DNA of 64,000 nt from an uncultured Eggerthella sp. (GCA_900542265.1 UQML01000005.1:29810-93809), one strand, 5' to 3'. Shown: positions 31,399-42,537, counted from the stretch's first letter. The notes: generated by a model from the sequence alone, not told the origin. Translations and numbers: made by a program.

Positions 31399-32733
31399 TT
31401 ACTCAGCATCTTTAGGTGCAACTGCAGATTCTTCAATAATAGTTACATTGGCTTTCTCAGCAATATCTTTGAGAGCCTTGCTGCGCTTAATGCCTTCGCG
31501 AATCATAGGAATGCGGCCGGTTTCACGCCATTCAGCTTCAACTTTTGCAGGATCATCAAGATTTGCCTTCTCAAATTCTTGAGTAACCTCTTCTGGCGTT
31601 GCCTCAATATTGAAATGGCGAGCCCAAGCGTCTAATGCCATATCCTGGCGCACAGTATCAGCTGCTTGCTTTTTGATATCTTCTTTCAATTGTTCAGCAG
31701 TAATACCCGCTTGCTGCAAGAAAGCATCATAGCTCTGTCCTGCTTGATTGAGTTGACGGAATAAGTCTTGTAAGAGATTTGCTTCTTCACGCTCAGTGAT
31801 GGTAGAAGGCATCTCGTCGGTTACGCGCTGAGCAAGGGCAAACAAGCATTCGTTTTCCTTACGACGAGGAGCAGCGGATTCCTTTTGAGTTGCAATCTGC
31901 TCACCAACAAGAGCACGAAGTGCAGCCATATCATCAAAACCGAGATTCTTAGCGAACTCATCATTAGCCTCAGGCAAAACGGTCTTTTTAATTGAGTCAA
32001 TCTTGACATCAAAATGATAGACGCCCTTGTCAATACCAAAACTTTGAGACAAAAGTGAAGACTGACCAGCCATGTCGAGGTCGAAGGATTTCTCATCACC
32101 CTTCTTAAGGCCGATCAATTCTGCGTCAAATGATGCAGGATAGAGGTTTTGACCTAATTGATAGAGTCGGGACTCACAAGAAAGTGCTGAGACGATCTCA
32201 CCCTCAGGATCAGTAACATCCATGGAAAGCTCTACAAACTGATCTTTTTTGATCTTGGTGTTTGCATTAGCATCTTTGTATTCCATGTAATAATTACGGA
32301 ACTCATCAACACCTGAGTCGATTTCTTCCTCAGTTGCTTCTGTAGAAGGAACTTCAACGTCAACAGGATCGTAGCTAGTAAGTTCAACTTGAGGCTTTAC
32401 GGTAATAGTTGCGGTAAAGGTCAAATCCTTGCCTTCAACTGCCTCAGCATCAGAAAACTCTGCCTTAAATAAAGGAACGAGATCATTCTCATCCAAAATT
32501 TGAGGATAGGCAGTGTTGACTAAGTCTTCAGCAACCGTTGCCATAACAGAATCTTTGCCCAGCATGTTATCAATCACAGGACGAGGTGCTTTACCGGGAC
32601 GAAAACCAGGAAACTTATAACGCTTAGCAAAGTCTTTATATGTACGCTTGATTTGCGCATCAACATCAGCTGCAGGAATAGTGCAAGTGATTTTAAGTTG
32701 ATTATCCTCGAGTGCCTCTACTGTGCTGTTCAC
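31399..32733 (-). CDS. tig: Trigger factor.
   Basis: It aligns with Tig from (M)NSTVEALEDNQLKITCTIPAADVD...FPGFRPGKAP. The start is reassigned to GTG at 32731-32733, which has AAGGAG 8 nt upstream. The track ORF's extra 28 aa would overlap tRNA-Leu. Confidence 0.9.
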   Translation of the reverse strand: MNSTVEALEDNQLKITCTIPAADVDAQIKRTYKDFAKRYKFPGFRPGKAPRPVIDNMLGKDSVMATVAEDLVNTAYPQILDENDLVPLFKAEFSDAEAVEGKDLTFTATITVKPQVELTSYDPVDVEVPSTEATEEEIDSGVDEFRNYYMEYKDANANTKIKKDQFVELSMDVTDPEGEIVSALSCESRLYQLGQNLYPASFDAELIGLKKGDEKSFDLDMAGQSSLLSQSFGIDKGVYHFDVKIDSIKKTVLPEANDEFAKNLGFDDMAALRALVGEQIATQKESAAPRRKENECLFALAQRVTDEMPSTITEREEANLLQDLFRQLNQAGQSYDAFLQQAGITAEQLKEDIKKQAADTVRQDMALDAWARHFNIEATPEEVTQEFEKANLDDPAKVEAEWRETGRIPMIREGIKRSKALKDIAEKANVTIIEESAVAPKDAE

Positions 32734-32774
32734 AAAATTCTCCTTCTTAGGGTGATCATGTTCTGAAATGAAAC

Positions 32775-32860
32775 TGGTGCGGGTGAAAGGACTTGAACCT
32801 TCACGGGGGTTACCCACCAGAACCTAAACCTGGCGCGTCTGCCAATTCCGCCACACCCGC
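32775..32860 (-). tRNA. tRNA-Leu (anticodon TAG), long variable arm, CCA encoded.
   Basis: Minus-strand GCGGGTGTGGCGGAATTGGCAGACGCGCCAGGTTTAGGTTCTGGTGGGTAACCCCCGTGAAGGTTCAAGTCCTTTCACCCGCACCA. The acceptor stem GCGGGTG/CACCCGC pairs and the anticodon loop is TTTAGGT. Confidence 0.85.
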
Positions 32861-32973
32861 ACATCCATTTCATATGTGCCGAACCTTTTAAGTCGACAGC
32901 TTAAAGATGATACCAGTATTTATAGATTTTTTGAACCTATCCATGAAAAGAGTAAAAATCAGGCCGTGCGTTG

Positions 32974-33978
32974 CTAGTCAATGGCAATATCACGGGCTGT
33001 TATCACCTTAGAAGGAGAGATAAGAAGCGTGCCAAGTTCAGTCGTAAGAGCAGCATCATCATAAAAGACCCCATCGACCGTAACACCTCCTGGAAGCAGA
33101 TCTTCATCTTGCGTTGAAATTACGATGGACAAGTCCGTAAGAGAAAAATACTGCTTTTCTGGTATCTCTTGTGAAGCCTGATCACTTTCGGCGGCAGGGT
33201 CGGTTTTCGCATCAGACTCAAGAGCTTGGTTGCCGTTTTGAGATTGTTTGGCTGCCATAGATTGTTTTTCTGCTTGCGCCTGTTTGTCTTTGAGCGTCTC
33301 TTCATGCTGAGCAAGTGTTTCATCAGCTTCACGCTGCTCACGGGCCTGTTCATCAAGAGATTGAATTATGTCAAGCGATGGGGTGATTGCTAAAATAAAA
33401 TCAACCTCGGCTTGCTTATATTCTGCCACACGAGCAAGAACCATCTCAGGCGTATCATCCACATGAAGAGAAATAAGGCCGAAACTAAACTTCCCCACAC
33501 GGACGACGGTATACGTGTCGTATGCATGGGGATTATCAACTGCAAGCTCATAACATGCAGCATCTTTGTCGAGATATGAAGTACGCAACGAAGCAAGGGT
33601 GAGCGGCTCTTTATCAGAAGTCTGCTCTTCTGCATCTTGCTCTTCTTCATCAAATTGAGCTTCTGCCGTTTCATCAGCAGGCGTTACCTCTCCATCGCTC
33701 TGTGCTTTTTGATTGAGCGCTGTTGAGACCGACGAGTCTGTTTGAGAAGACTTAGAATCAGTAGAGGCGCTTGAAGGATCTGCCACAGGTTGTGCTGTTC
33801 CTTTGTATACGAATGCACTATAGCCTTCAAGCTCTCCCGCTGCATCATCAATAGTAGAGGCTGCTACATTTAAATTATGTCCCACACCTGAGATATAAGC
33901 GATGCAAAGCCCCAGACCTCCTAAAAGAAGAAGGATAAAAACCGCTATAGCAATCTTTTCTCGGGCTGATTTGAGCAT
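32974..33978 (-). CDS. Hypothetical membrane-anchored protein: N-terminal TM helix, Ser/Asp/Glu-rich linker, Gln/Ala/Glu-rich segment and a C-terminal globular region.
   Basis: The start is placed at the internal ATG (MLKSAREKIAIAVFILLLLGGLGLCIAYI), 8 nt after the uvrA stop. AT-rich composition. No family could be assigned from the sequence alone. Confidence 0.55.
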   Translation of the reverse strand: MLKSAREKIAIAVFILLLLGGLGLCIAYISGVGHNLNVAASTIDDAAGELEGYSAFVYKGTAQPVADPSSASTDSKSSQTDSSVSTALNQKAQSDGEVTPADETAEAQFDEEEQDAEEQTSDKEPLTLASLRTSYLDKDAACYELAVDNPHAYDTYTVVRVGKFSFGLISLHVDDTPEMVLARVAEYKQAEVDFILAITPSLDIIQSLDEQAREQREADETLAQHEETLKDKQAQAEKQSMAAKQSQNGNQALESDAKTDPAAESDQASQEIPEKQYFSLTDLSIVISTQDEDLLPGGVTVDGVFYDDAALTTELGTLLISPSKVITARDIAID

Positions 33979-33985
33979 AGTTCTA

Positions 33986-36895
33986 TTATAGCGAGTTCTT
34001 TGATGCTTCTGGCATAAGGACACGACGCAAGAATTGACCGGTATAGCTCTCAGGAACACACGCCACTTCTTCAGGCGTACCAGTAGCTACTACAGTACCA
34101 CCTCTTAGTCCCCCTTCAGGACCTAAATCAATAATGTAGTCGGCAGCTTTGATCATATCGAGATTATGCTCGATGACAAGCACCGTATTACCCGCATCAA
34201 CTAAACGCTGTAATACTTCGAGCAACTGACGTACATCGTCAAAATGAAGACCAGTCGTTGGTTCATCCAAAATATAGAATGTCTTACCGGTTTGGCGCTT
34301 TTGAAGCTCGCTTGCAAGCTTTACGCGCTGCGCCTCACCACCTGAAAGCGTGGTTGCTGGTTGACCGAGGCGAATGTAGCCTAAGCCCACATCATGCAGC
34401 GTTTGGAGTTTGCGTTGCAACGACGGGATCTTGCCAAAAAAATCCAACGCCTCATCAACCGTCATCTCGAGAACGTCATACACGTTCTTTCCGCGATAAA
34501 GCACCTGTAATGTCTCACGGTTATAGCGTTTACCCTGACAAACTTCACAATCAACATAGACATCAGGCAAAAAATGCATCTCGATTTTATTCTGCCCATC
34601 GCCTTTACATGCCTCACAGCGACCACCCGCCACATTAAACGAGAATCGCCCTGGATTATAACCGCGTGCCTTTGCCTCAGGAGTGGATGCAAACAACTGG
34701 CGAATATCATCCCAAAGACCAATGTAGGTTGCCGGATTTGATCGCGGCGTTCTACCGATGGGGCTTTGATCAATATTGATAATTTTGTCGATCTGCTCAG
34801 CGCCTATGATTTTTTTATATCGTCCTGCTTTGCGATGGGCACGATTAACTCTATTAGCCAACGCGGGTGCCAACGTGTCCGTAATAAGCGATGATTTACC
34901 ACTCCCCGACACCCCCGTTACCAGCGTAAGCGTACCAAAAGGAATCTTTACCGAGACGTTTTGCAGGTTGTTCTCACGCACCCCTTTGATCTCAAGATAG
35001 CCGCGGTCGTGCGGACGGCGCTCTTCAGGAACGGGAATCTCTTTTGCTCCTGAAAGATACTGGGCAGTAAGCGATTCAGGTACCGCCATAATTTCTTGAG
35101 GAGTGCCCATCGCCACAATTTCTCCGCCGTGCTCGCCTGCACCTGGTCCCATATCAACCACATAATCAGCAGCACGAATGGTATCTTCATCATGCTCAAC
35201 GACCACAACCGTATTACCTAAATCACGCAAGTGCTCAAGGGTGGCAATCAAACGCTCGTTATCACGCTGATGAAGACCAATAGAAGGTTCATCAAGAATA
35301 TAGAGTACACCCATAAGGCCGGCACCAATTTGCGTCGCTAGCCTGATGCGTTGTGCTTCTCCACCTGAAAGAGTTGCCGTTGCACGCTCAAGGGTAAGAT
35401 AATCAAGACCCACATCAACCAAAAACTTCAATCGAGCAATGATCTCTTTAACGATAGGACCTGCAATTTGCTCTTGGGTTGGGGTAAACGTCAGTGACTT
35501 AAAGAACTCAAGCGCCTCAGCTGCCGATAATTCAGTAGCATCATAAATGGATTTACCCTCAATAGTGACCGCCAAAATTGAAGGGTTAAGGCGCTTGCCA
35601 CCGCACGTAGCACAAGGAATGATGGCAAAATACTGCTCGTATTTTTGACGCTGCCTATCTGAGGTAGCTTCCTTGTAGCGGCGCATAACCGCTTCGCAAA
35701 TACCTTCCCACTCGATATACCAGTAGGTCTCTCGCCCATCCACTTTGACATAATCCACGCGAATTCGCTCTGATTTAGGCGCACCATACATCAACACCTT
35801 GCGTACTTTAGAGGGAATATCCTCCCAAGGAGTATCAGATGACACGCCATAATGTGCAGCTACCGCACGCAAAACTTGTGGATAATAATTGCCGCTCTTA
35901 AACGGTGCGACGCATCCTTCATCAAGAGAAAGCGATGGGTCAGGAATCACAAGCGCGGGATCAACTTCTTCACGCGAACCAATTCCCAAGCAATCAGGAC
36001 ATGCTCCATAGGGCGCATTAAAGGAGAAATCACGCGGTTCGAGCTCATCAAGAGAGAACCCATGTTCAGGACAGCCCAACGCCAATGAGAAAATATACTC
36101 ACCTTCATTAAGGCCTCCCGTAGCACCAGAAGAGACTTTAGTTTCTCCAAGAGGGTTTCCTGCTTTATCAAGTATCTGTGCCAAGACACGCCCCTCAGCC
36201 AAGCGCGTTGCAATCTCAACTGCTTCCGCAATGCGCGACCGTGCTGATTGCTTTAGCACCACGCGATCAACAATAACCTCGATAAAATGCTTGATTTGTT
36301 TATTCAGAACAATGGGTTCTCCGGTAAGTTTTGTCACTTCACCATCAATACGAACGCGCGTAAACCCTTCTTTTTGCAAATCAGCAAAAAGCTTGGTGAA
36401 CTCACCTTTCCTGCCCGTTACCACAGGTGCCATAATCTGCGCACGCGTGGTCTGCCCATCGCCTAATAGCATAATCTCATCAGTTACCTGATCAGTCGTA
36501 AGCTTTTTGATTTCGCGTCCACACTCTGGACAATGCGGAATACCAATACGTGCATAGAGCAAACGTAAATAATCATAGATTTCAGTAGTTGTACCCACCG
36601 TTGAACGCGGATTTTTAGACGTGGTTTTTTGATCAATAGACACTGCAGGAGAAAGTCCGTCAATTGAGTCGAGATCAGGTTTGCTCATCTGACCCAAGAA
36701 CATGCGCGCATAACTTGAGAGCGACTCAACGTAGCGGCGCTGACCTTCTGCATAAATGGTATCAAAGGCAAGCGAGCTTTTGCCCGAACCTGAAAGACCA
36801 GTGATAACAACAAGCTTATCGCGTGGGATATCAAGACTAATATCTTTTAAGTTGTGCTCACGAGCACCTCGAATAGCAATATCGGTTTGTGTCAT
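33986..36895 (-). CDS. uvrA: Excinuclease ABC subunit A.
   Basis: 969 aa with two ABC ATPase modules ([23 protein letters not shown]) and zinc-finger cysteines. Confidence 0.95.
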   Translation of the reverse strand: MTQTDIAIRGAREHNLKDISLDIPRDKLVVITGLSGSGKSSLAFDTIYAEGQRRYVESLSSYARMFLGQMSKPDLDSIDGLSPAVSIDQKTTSKNPRSTVGTTTEIYDYLRLLYARIGIPHCPECGREIKKLTTDQVTDEIMLLGDGQTTRAQIMAPVVTGRKGEFTKLFADLQKEGFTRVRIDGEVTKLTGEPIVLNKQIKHFIEVIVDRVVLKQSARSRIAEAVEIATRLAEGRVLAQILDKAGNPLGETKVSSGATGGLNEGEYIFSLALGCPEHGFSLDELEPRDFSFNAPYGACPDCLGIGSREEVDPALVIPDPSLSLDEGCVAPFKSGNYYPQVLRAVAAHYGVSSDTPWEDIPSKVRKVLMYGAPKSERIRVDYVKVDGRETYWYIEWEGICEAVMRRYKEATSDRQRQKYEQYFAIIPCATCGGKRLNPSILAVTIEGKSIYDATELSAAEALEFFKSLTFTPTQEQIAGPIVKEIIARLKFLVDVGLDYLTLERATATLSGGEAQRIRLATQIGAGLMGVLYILDEPSIGLHQRDNERLIATLEHLRDLGNTVVVVEHDEDTIRAADYVVDMGPGAGEHGGEIVAMGTPQEIMAVPESLTAQYLSGAKEIPVPEERRPHDRGYLEIKGVRENNLQNVSVKIPFGTLTLVTGVSGSGKSSLITDTLAPALANRVNRAHRKAGRYKKIIGAEQIDKIINIDQSPIGRTPRSNPATYIGLWDDIRQLFASTPEAKARGYNPGRFSFNVAGGRCEACKGDGQNKIEMHFLPDVYVDCEVCQGKRYNRETLQVLYRGKNVYDVLEMTVDEALDFFGKIPSLQRKLQTLHDVGLGYIRLGQPATTLSGGEAQRVKLASELQKRQTGKTFYILDEPTTGLHFDDVRQLLEVLQRLVDAGNTVLVIEHNLDMIKAADYIIDLGPEGGLRGGTVVATGTPEEVACVPESYTGQFLRRVLMPEASKNSL

Positions 36896-37060
36896 GTGCT
36901 ACTTCCGTTCAAAACGCATATGTTTTGTTACAAGATAAATTGACAGAATAAGCATTATAACGCGCAGTTGTGAAAAGCGTATGAGTAAGCTGTGCAATTC
37001 CTTTGCACACATGACGTTCCGTCGCGCATTACGGCAGTGGCAGCTCACCAAGGCAGCACC

Positions 37061-37990
37061 TTATCCACGCGGATGTGCTTGATGATGAATCTCTTTAAGA
37101 CGTCCAGATGAGATATGAGTATAAATCTGTGTTGTTGAAAGACTTGCATGTCCAAGCATTTCTTGAACACTGCGCAAATCAGCCCCACCATTTAAAAGAT
37201 CCGTCGCAAAGGTGTGGCGCATCGCATGAGGGGAAAGGGAAAGATCAAGCCCCGCCTCACGTAAGGCTTGCTTAAAAACGTGGCGCAGCGCGTCCGCTGA
37301 CATAGGATTACCACGACGCGACAAAAAAATATAAGGCGATGGGGTTTTCATGAGGTGGGGACGACCAAAATCGAGATAAGCTTGAAGCTTTTTGCGTACT
37401 AAATCATACAACGGCACAATACGTTCTTTACTCCCCTTACCCATCACACGAATCTGCGTCATTGATGGGTTAAATGAGTCAAGGGTTAACGATGCCGCCT
37501 CAGAAATACGCAAACCAGCTGCGTACAAAAGCTCCAACAATGCTCGATCGCGCAAAGCAAGAGGGTCGTGCTCGTTAGCCTTATCCTCATATATATCCAA
37601 CAGCTTTTGCATATCTGATTCCATCACGATACGAGGAAGCGTTTTTTGTTGCTTTGCACCACCGAGCAACGCACACGGATTTTGATCGATCACCTGCTGG
37701 GAGAGCAAATAAGCGTAATAACCTTTTAGCGCAGAAAGATGCCTGTTTGACGAGCGACGCTCCAGATATGTTTGCATTTCTGCAAGATACGCACGCATAT
37801 GGCGTTTGCTCACCTCGCACGTCGTAATCTGATACCGCACACACCACCGCGCAAAATCCATCAAATCGCGCTGATAAGCACGCAACGTGTGGGCAGAATA
37901 ATTCCGCTCGACTTCAAGCTTTTTGAGATAGGCGCTTATGCGCTCCTCATCTTCTGATGAGGGCTGAAACAATGCATCATTATCTGCCAT
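37061..37990 (-). CDS. xerC: Tyrosine recombinase XerC/XerD.
   Basis: 309 aa with the catalytic R..H..R..Y context RHTFATDLLNGGADLRSVQEMLGHASLSTTQIYTH. Confidence 0.85.
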   Translation of the reverse strand: MADNDALFQPSSEDEERISAYLKKLEVERNYSAHTLRAYQRDLMDFARWCVRYQITTCEVSKRHMRAYLAEMQTYLERRSSNRHLSALKGYYAYLLSQQVIDQNPCALLGGAKQQKTLPRIVMESDMQKLLDIYEDKANEHDPLALRDRALLELLYAAGLRISEAASLTLDSFNPSMTQIRVMGKGSKERIVPLYDLVRKKLQAYLDFGRPHLMKTPSPYIFLSRRGNPMSADALRHVFKQALREAGLDLSLSPHAMRHTFATDLLNGGADLRSVQEMLGHASLSTTQIYTHISSGRLKEIHHQAHPRG

Positions 37991-37999
37991 GGTGCACCC

Positions 38000-39454
38000 C
38001 TACTCGTCTACCCCATCGCCTGGTTTTTTAGATGAAATTACCACGTCATCAAGGAGCAGACCTTGATCACCGAGCGCTTTTTTATACGCTTGAAGAGCAT
38101 CCTTGCCCCGTTCAGCATACGCATGATAGCGTTGCTGCTTGTTTTTAATCTTTTGCGACAGCGGCGGCAAAATACCAAAGTTCACATGCATGGGCTGATA
38201 GTCTTTTGTCTCAGGATTGGTAGCATAGGTCAAAAGCGCACCAAACACCATCTCCTCAGGCATTTGCGGAACAGTTTTGTGCGAGAGGTGTGCCGCAGTT
38301 GAGAGCGCAGCCTGCAAACCTGATCGAATTGCTTCAGCGTATCCTTCCGTTCCCGCAAGCTGGCCAGCAATAAAGATGGGTGTCTCATCCGACCCACGAT
38401 TCTTGAGTGACAAATCAGCATTAAGCACGCGCGGCGCATCAACAAACGTATTGCGATGCATAACGCCATATCGGCTAAACTCCGCCTGCTCAAGTCCTGG
38501 AATAAGCGAAAACACGCGCTTTTGCTCAGGGAACGTGAGGTTTGTTTGAAACCCAACAAGATTAAAGCTTTGGCGATGGGCATTTTCTGCCCGCAACTGC
38601 ACCACCGCCCACGGGCGCCTTCCCGTCCGTGGATCCGTAAGACCAACAGGCTTTAAAGGTCCAAAACGTGGCGCATCAAATCCATTGCGCGCAATCTCTT
38701 CAATGGGTTGGCAAGCCTGAAAGAGCTCTTTAGTCTCAAAATCTTTCTTGATTACCGTTTGCGCCGCGCAGAGCTCTTGAATGAAGTGCTCGTATTCTTC
38801 TTTAGTAAAAGCTGCATTAAGATAATCACCGACACCGGCTTCATCGTAGCGACTTTGGGTAAAAATCTTGTCATAATCAAGTGAGTCAGCCTCAACAATG
38901 GGAGCTGCCGCATCATAGAATGCAAGATAGTCTGCATCAATGAGCTCTTTTAGAGACTCGCTGAGCGCATCCGAGGTAAGCGGGCCAGATGCAATAATAA
39001 GCGCATCTGCAGGAGAAGTCGTATAGGGGTCATCCGGCGCATACGCATCTACCACCGTTAAGCTCGCATCAGGATTGATTGCAATAACCTCTGCATCAAC
39101 CCGCACAATGCGAGGATGGTTTTCAACCGCTTCAGTTACTGCTTGGGCAAATTTTTGCCTATCTACCGCAAGCGCCCCGCCAGCAGGAACAGCTGCATCG
39201 AGAGCAAAGGCATAAAGATAAGAGTCAAGCACGTCAAGTTCAGCTTTGAGCATTCCTGCTGCTGAATCAGGCTTGGTTGATTTTAAAGAATTCGAACAAA
39301 CAAGCTCTGCCAAATCACCCGTGTGATGAACAGGCGTTGTGACCTGTGGACGCATCTCATACAGACGCACCACGTATCCTCTATTTGCAAGTTGTAAGGC
39401 AGCCTCACTTCCCGCAAGACCGCCCCCAATAATATCAACATATAAATGAGCCAT
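38000..39454 (-). CDS. trmFO: Methylenetetrahydrofolate--tRNA-(uracil54-C5)-methyltransferase TrmFO.
   Basis: GGGLAGSEAA FAD motif and HHTGDLAELVCSNSL. The start is placed at ATG 39452-39454 (MAHLYVDIIGGG), which has TAAGGTGA upstream; the track ORF begins 5 codons earlier. Confidence 0.85.
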   Translation of the reverse strand: MAHLYVDIIGGGLAGSEAALQLANRGYVVRLYEMRPQVTTPVHHTGDLAELVCSNSLKSTKPDSAAGMLKAELDVLDSYLYAFALDAAVPAGGALAVDRQKFAQAVTEAVENHPRIVRVDAEVIAINPDASLTVVDAYAPDDPYTTSPADALIIASGPLTSDALSESLKELIDADYLAFYDAAAPIVEADSLDYDKIFTQSRYDEAGVGDYLNAAFTKEEYEHFIQELCAAQTVIKKDFETKELFQACQPIEEIARNGFDAPRFGPLKPVGLTDPRTGRRPWAVVQLRAENAHRQSFNLVGFQTNLTFPEQKRVFSLIPGLEQAEFSRYGVMHRNTFVDAPRVLNADLSLKNRGSDETPIFIAGQLAGTEGYAEAIRSGLQAALSTAAHLSHKTVPQMPEEMVFGALLTYATNPETKDYQPMHVNFGILPPLSQKIKNKQQRYHAYAERGKDALQAYKKALGDQGLLLDDVVISSKKPGDGVDE

Positions 39455-39506
39455 GGTCACCTTACTCATGAATTAAGATTGCTTTTGCAGTGCATAGCCT
39501 ACTATG

Positions 39507-40472
39507 TTAGCGCACCATACGACAAGGTCCATATGTCCCGTCAGGGTAGCGGGCAATAAGGCGCTTTCGTTCATACTGAGCTAAAAGCATCATGACATGG
39601 GTAAGTGCATCTGCTTGCGACATTTGTGCCGTAACATGAGCCTGGTATAGTGCTACGAGCGCATCAAGGCGCATAGGCTGCGCCAATAAAGCGTCCAAAA
39701 GTGGATCTGCTGCCAAGCGGGCTACCCCATCGCCTGATTTATTTTGATGTTCTTGCTCAGCATAATGCTCAATATGAAGCCGATCGTAGAGCTCCACAAC
39801 CATATCGTCAAATAAATCAACGTCGATTACCGGTTGCGCGCCCTGATAAATCAGCTGATTTGCCCCACGTGATGCAGCTGACGTAATAGCACCAGGAACC
39901 ACCCACACTTCTTTGCCACACTCAAGCGCCTCATCAGCCGTAGAAAAGGTTCCCGAAGGAAGCCCTGCTTCAACGATAAGTGTTGCTCGTGCCAGGCCCG
40001 CTATGATACGGTTCCGCTCACGAAACGTGTAGGCAAACGGAGGATGAGACCAGGCGCGCTCAGACAACAACACGCCGCCCTCGTTCACAATCTTTTGGAA
40101 AAGGTAGCGATTTGCCTTTGGATAAATACAATCGCATCCTCCACCAAGCACAACAATAGTCTTTCCGCCCGCATCAAGCGCGCCACGATGGGCAGCACTA
40201 TCGCAACCAAGAGCGCCACCAGAGACAATTACCACATCATACTCGGCAGCCCGCTCGGAAAAATCATGCGCTGCTTGCAATCCGTACGGGGTGGCTTTAC
40301 GCGCGCCAATGACCGCAAGGGATGCCGATGACAAAAGCTTTGGATCCCCTATCCCATATAGCTTCTCCGGTGGCTTTTTTATCTCGGTCAGTGCTTGCGG
40401 ATAATACGCGTCACCACGCTCAAGCTCAAAACGACTACCCACTATCATGTCTTTTGCTGTTGCATCAATCAT
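39507..40472 (-). CDS. dprA: DNA processing protein DprA.
   Basis: Rossmann-like DprA core (VIGARKATPYG...VVIVSGGALGCDSAAHRGAL...GGGCDCIYP). Its ATG overlaps the comM stop as ATGA. Confidence 0.85.
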   Translation of the reverse strand: MIDATAKDMIVGSRFELERGDAYYPQALTEIKKPPEKLYGIGDPKLLSSASLAVIGARKATPYGLQAAHDFSERAAEYDVVIVSGGALGCDSAAHRGALDAGGKTIVVLGGGCDCIYPKANRYLFQKIVNEGGVLLSERAWSHPPFAYTFRERNRIIAGLARATLIVEAGLPSGTFSTADEALECGKEVWVVPGAITSAASRGANQLIYQGAQPVIDVDLFDDMVVELYDRLHIEHYAEQEHQNKSGDGVARLAADPLLDALLAQPMRLDALVALYQAHVTAQMSQADALTHVMMLLAQYERKRLIARYPDGTYGPCRMVR

Positions 40473-42007
40473 GAGGTACTCCTTTCAAACCCACTTTGAA
40501 AACGAAGCGCGCATGCCGAGGCAATATGGCGCTCTTCAACCTGGAATGCTTGCTCCATATCAGCAATCGTGCGAGCAATCAAGAGTGTTTTAACCATTGA
40601 ACGCGCGCTCATGGCATACACATCGATCATCGTTTTGAAAAAACTCTCGGTTTTCGCTGACATATCTGCTTGCCTGCGTGCATCATCAAGAGTTGGTTGC
40701 TTATGCGATAAATGCTGATTATCACATCGTTTACTACGATAAGCTCGTGCTCGCATCACACCTTCTTTTAATTCAGAGGATGAGAGTGATTTGTTATGCG
40801 CGAGAAGCTCAGCAGTGTCAGGCTTCCATACATCAATACGCATATCAATGCGATCGAGCAATGGTCCACCAATTTTATTTTGATAAGTGCGCACTTGCGT
40901 TTCAGAACAGGTACAAGGATGAGTAGCATCACCGTAGTAGCCGCAAGGGCAAGGGTTGGTTGCCGCTATCATGAGTGATTGCGCCGCAACCGTATAGGTC
41001 CCATCAGCACGCGTAATACTAATCTGCCCCGCTTCAAGAACTTGGCGCAAAAGCTGTAAAGTTTGCGGCTTAAATTCTGAGAGCTCATCGAGAAACAGAA
41101 TACCTCTATGCGCTAGCGATACTTCACCGGGTTTAAAAGGAACTCCCCCTCCTATCAAACCTGCTGCTGTCACTGAATGGTGAGGACTTCTAAAGGGTGG
41201 GATTTTTTTATGAAGCGATTGAACCGATAAGCCTGCCACCGAATGAATGAGGGCAACATCAAGCATTTCTTGGTTTGAGAGCGCCGGCATAATTGAAGGA
41301 AGCGCCCGTGCGAGCATTGATTTTCCGGACCCAGGAGGCCCTATCATAACCACATTGTGCAGACCAGCAACAGCAATTTGCAAGGCGTATTTAGCTGCTT
41401 CATGTCCTTTAACAGCAGCAAAATCAAGTATCTCTTCATCATGCGTTTCTCGCGATAGGTCATCGTGATGTGGGTCAAATTCATAAGGTGCTAAGCTTCG
41501 CAGATTCTCTCCCACACAATCACCTAAACGTGCGAGCTCGTAACAAACAAGACCGGGCAGAGGAACATAGCCTTCATGCATAGTGCCCGTAAGCAATGAG
41601 CGTTCCAATTTGCGAGCGCACAGTTGATATGCAAAAAGCCCTTGAGGAGCGCGAATATCACCTTCAAGAGATAACTCCCCCACGACCACCAAGTGCTCAA
41701 GAGCATCGGTTGGTATTTGTCCGCTTGCAGCCAAGAGACCCATCGCGATGGGTAGATCAAAGCCAGAGCCATGTTTGCGCAGTGAACCCGGTGCAAGATT
41801 TACCACAATTTTGTCGGTCGGCATTCTAAAACCGCTTGCTTTTATAGCTGATCTTACGCGCTCACGTGATTCTTGAATACTGGTATCAGGCATTCCCACA
41901 ATAGAAAATGAGGGGATACCGGTGGTTATAATCACTTCAACTTCAACGACACAAGGATCAACCCCTTGTAGGGTGGCACTCAGTACTCGAGCAGAATGGA
42001 AAGGCAT
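40469..42007 (-). CDS. comM: Mg-chelatase-like AAA+ ATPase ComM/YifB.
   Basis: 512 aa with Walker A GPPGSGKS and a Lon-protease-like N-domain. Strong SD GAGGGGGG. Confidence 0.9.
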   Translation of the reverse strand: MPFHSARVLSATLQGVDPCVVEVEVIITTGIPSFSIVGMPDTSIQESRERVRSAIKASGFRMPTDKIVVNLAPGSLRKHGSGFDLPIAMGLLAASGQIPTDALEHLVVVGELSLEGDIRAPQGLFAYQLCARKLERSLLTGTMHEGYVPLPGLVCYELARLGDCVGENLRSLAPYEFDPHHDDLSRETHDEEILDFAAVKGHEAAKYALQIAVAGLHNVVMIGPPGSGKSMLARALPSIMPALSNQEMLDVALIHSVAGLSVQSLHKKIPPFRSPHHSVTAAGLIGGGVPFKPGEVSLAHRGILFLDELSEFKPQTLQLLRQVLEAGQISITRADGTYTVAAQSLMIAATNPCPCGYYGDATHPCTCSETQVRTYQNKIGGPLLDRIDMRIDVWKPDTAELLAHNKSLSSSELKEGVMRARAYRSKRCDNQHLSHKQPTLDDARRQADMSAKTESFFKTMIDVYAMSARSMVKTLLIARTIADMEQAFQVEERHIASACALRFQSGFERSTS

Positions 42008-42021
42008 TACAAACCCCCCCT

Positions 42022-42420
42022 CTACTCTCCTGCGCTAAACGCATTGGTGTGAAGGCGTAAAAACGCACGATGGTCATCAAGCACCACAAGCGAGATAATA
42101 TCGAAACGCACTGCTATATCACAGTAGTGGTGGTCACGAAGATAACATGCTGCAATGCTTTCATATCGAGTTCGTTTAGCACGCGTCACTGCTTCAGCGG
42201 GAAACCCTTTATCAAGTCCACGACGCGTTTTTACCTCAATAAAGCACAACGTGTCACCATCAAAGGCAATAATGTCTGCTTCACCCGCAAAACAGCTCCA
42301 ATTACGCTCAAGAATTTCATATCCGCGGTATTCCAAATAGCGTGCCGCAGCTCGCTCACCGCGCAAGCCCAATTCATGAGCAGTTAAGTTTGACGCGGGT
42401 TCATCTGTTTGATTAGTCAT
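42022..42420 (-). CDS. yraN: YraN-family (UPF0102) endonuclease.
   Basis: 132 aa with GEADIIAFDGDTLCFIEVKTRR. Confidence 0.85.
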   Translation of the reverse strand: MTNQTDEPASNLTAHELGLRGERAAARYLEYRGYEILERNWSCFAGEADIIAFDGDTLCFIEVKTRRGLDKGFPAEAVTRAKRTRYESIAACYLRDHHYCDIAVRFDIISLVVLDDHRAFLRLHTNAFSAGE

Positions 42421-42537
42421 AGGTACTCCTTTCGTTGTACCTATGTAGCCTACAGAACTATTCTTAACCGGCCTTGAAGGTATCTTGAACGCAATCCAAC
42501 ACCAGTCTGATCAAAGGCTCATACCAGTCTTATCTTG

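Noticed and set aside
32734-32817. 28-aa N-terminal extension of trigger factor (track ORF 31399-32817)
   Set aside because: It overlaps tRNA-Leu(TAG) on the same strand. A GTG with a perfect AAGGAG SD at 32733 matches the conserved Tig N-terminus.
36896-37060. Possible LexA/SOS box upstream of uvrA (GAACGGAAGTAG) and a GAGCA-N4-TGCTC palindrome upstream of uvrB (5905-5973)
   Set aside because: Neither matches the actinobacterial TCGAAC-N4-GTTCGA box or the Cheo box closely enough. They are probably coincidental palindromes.
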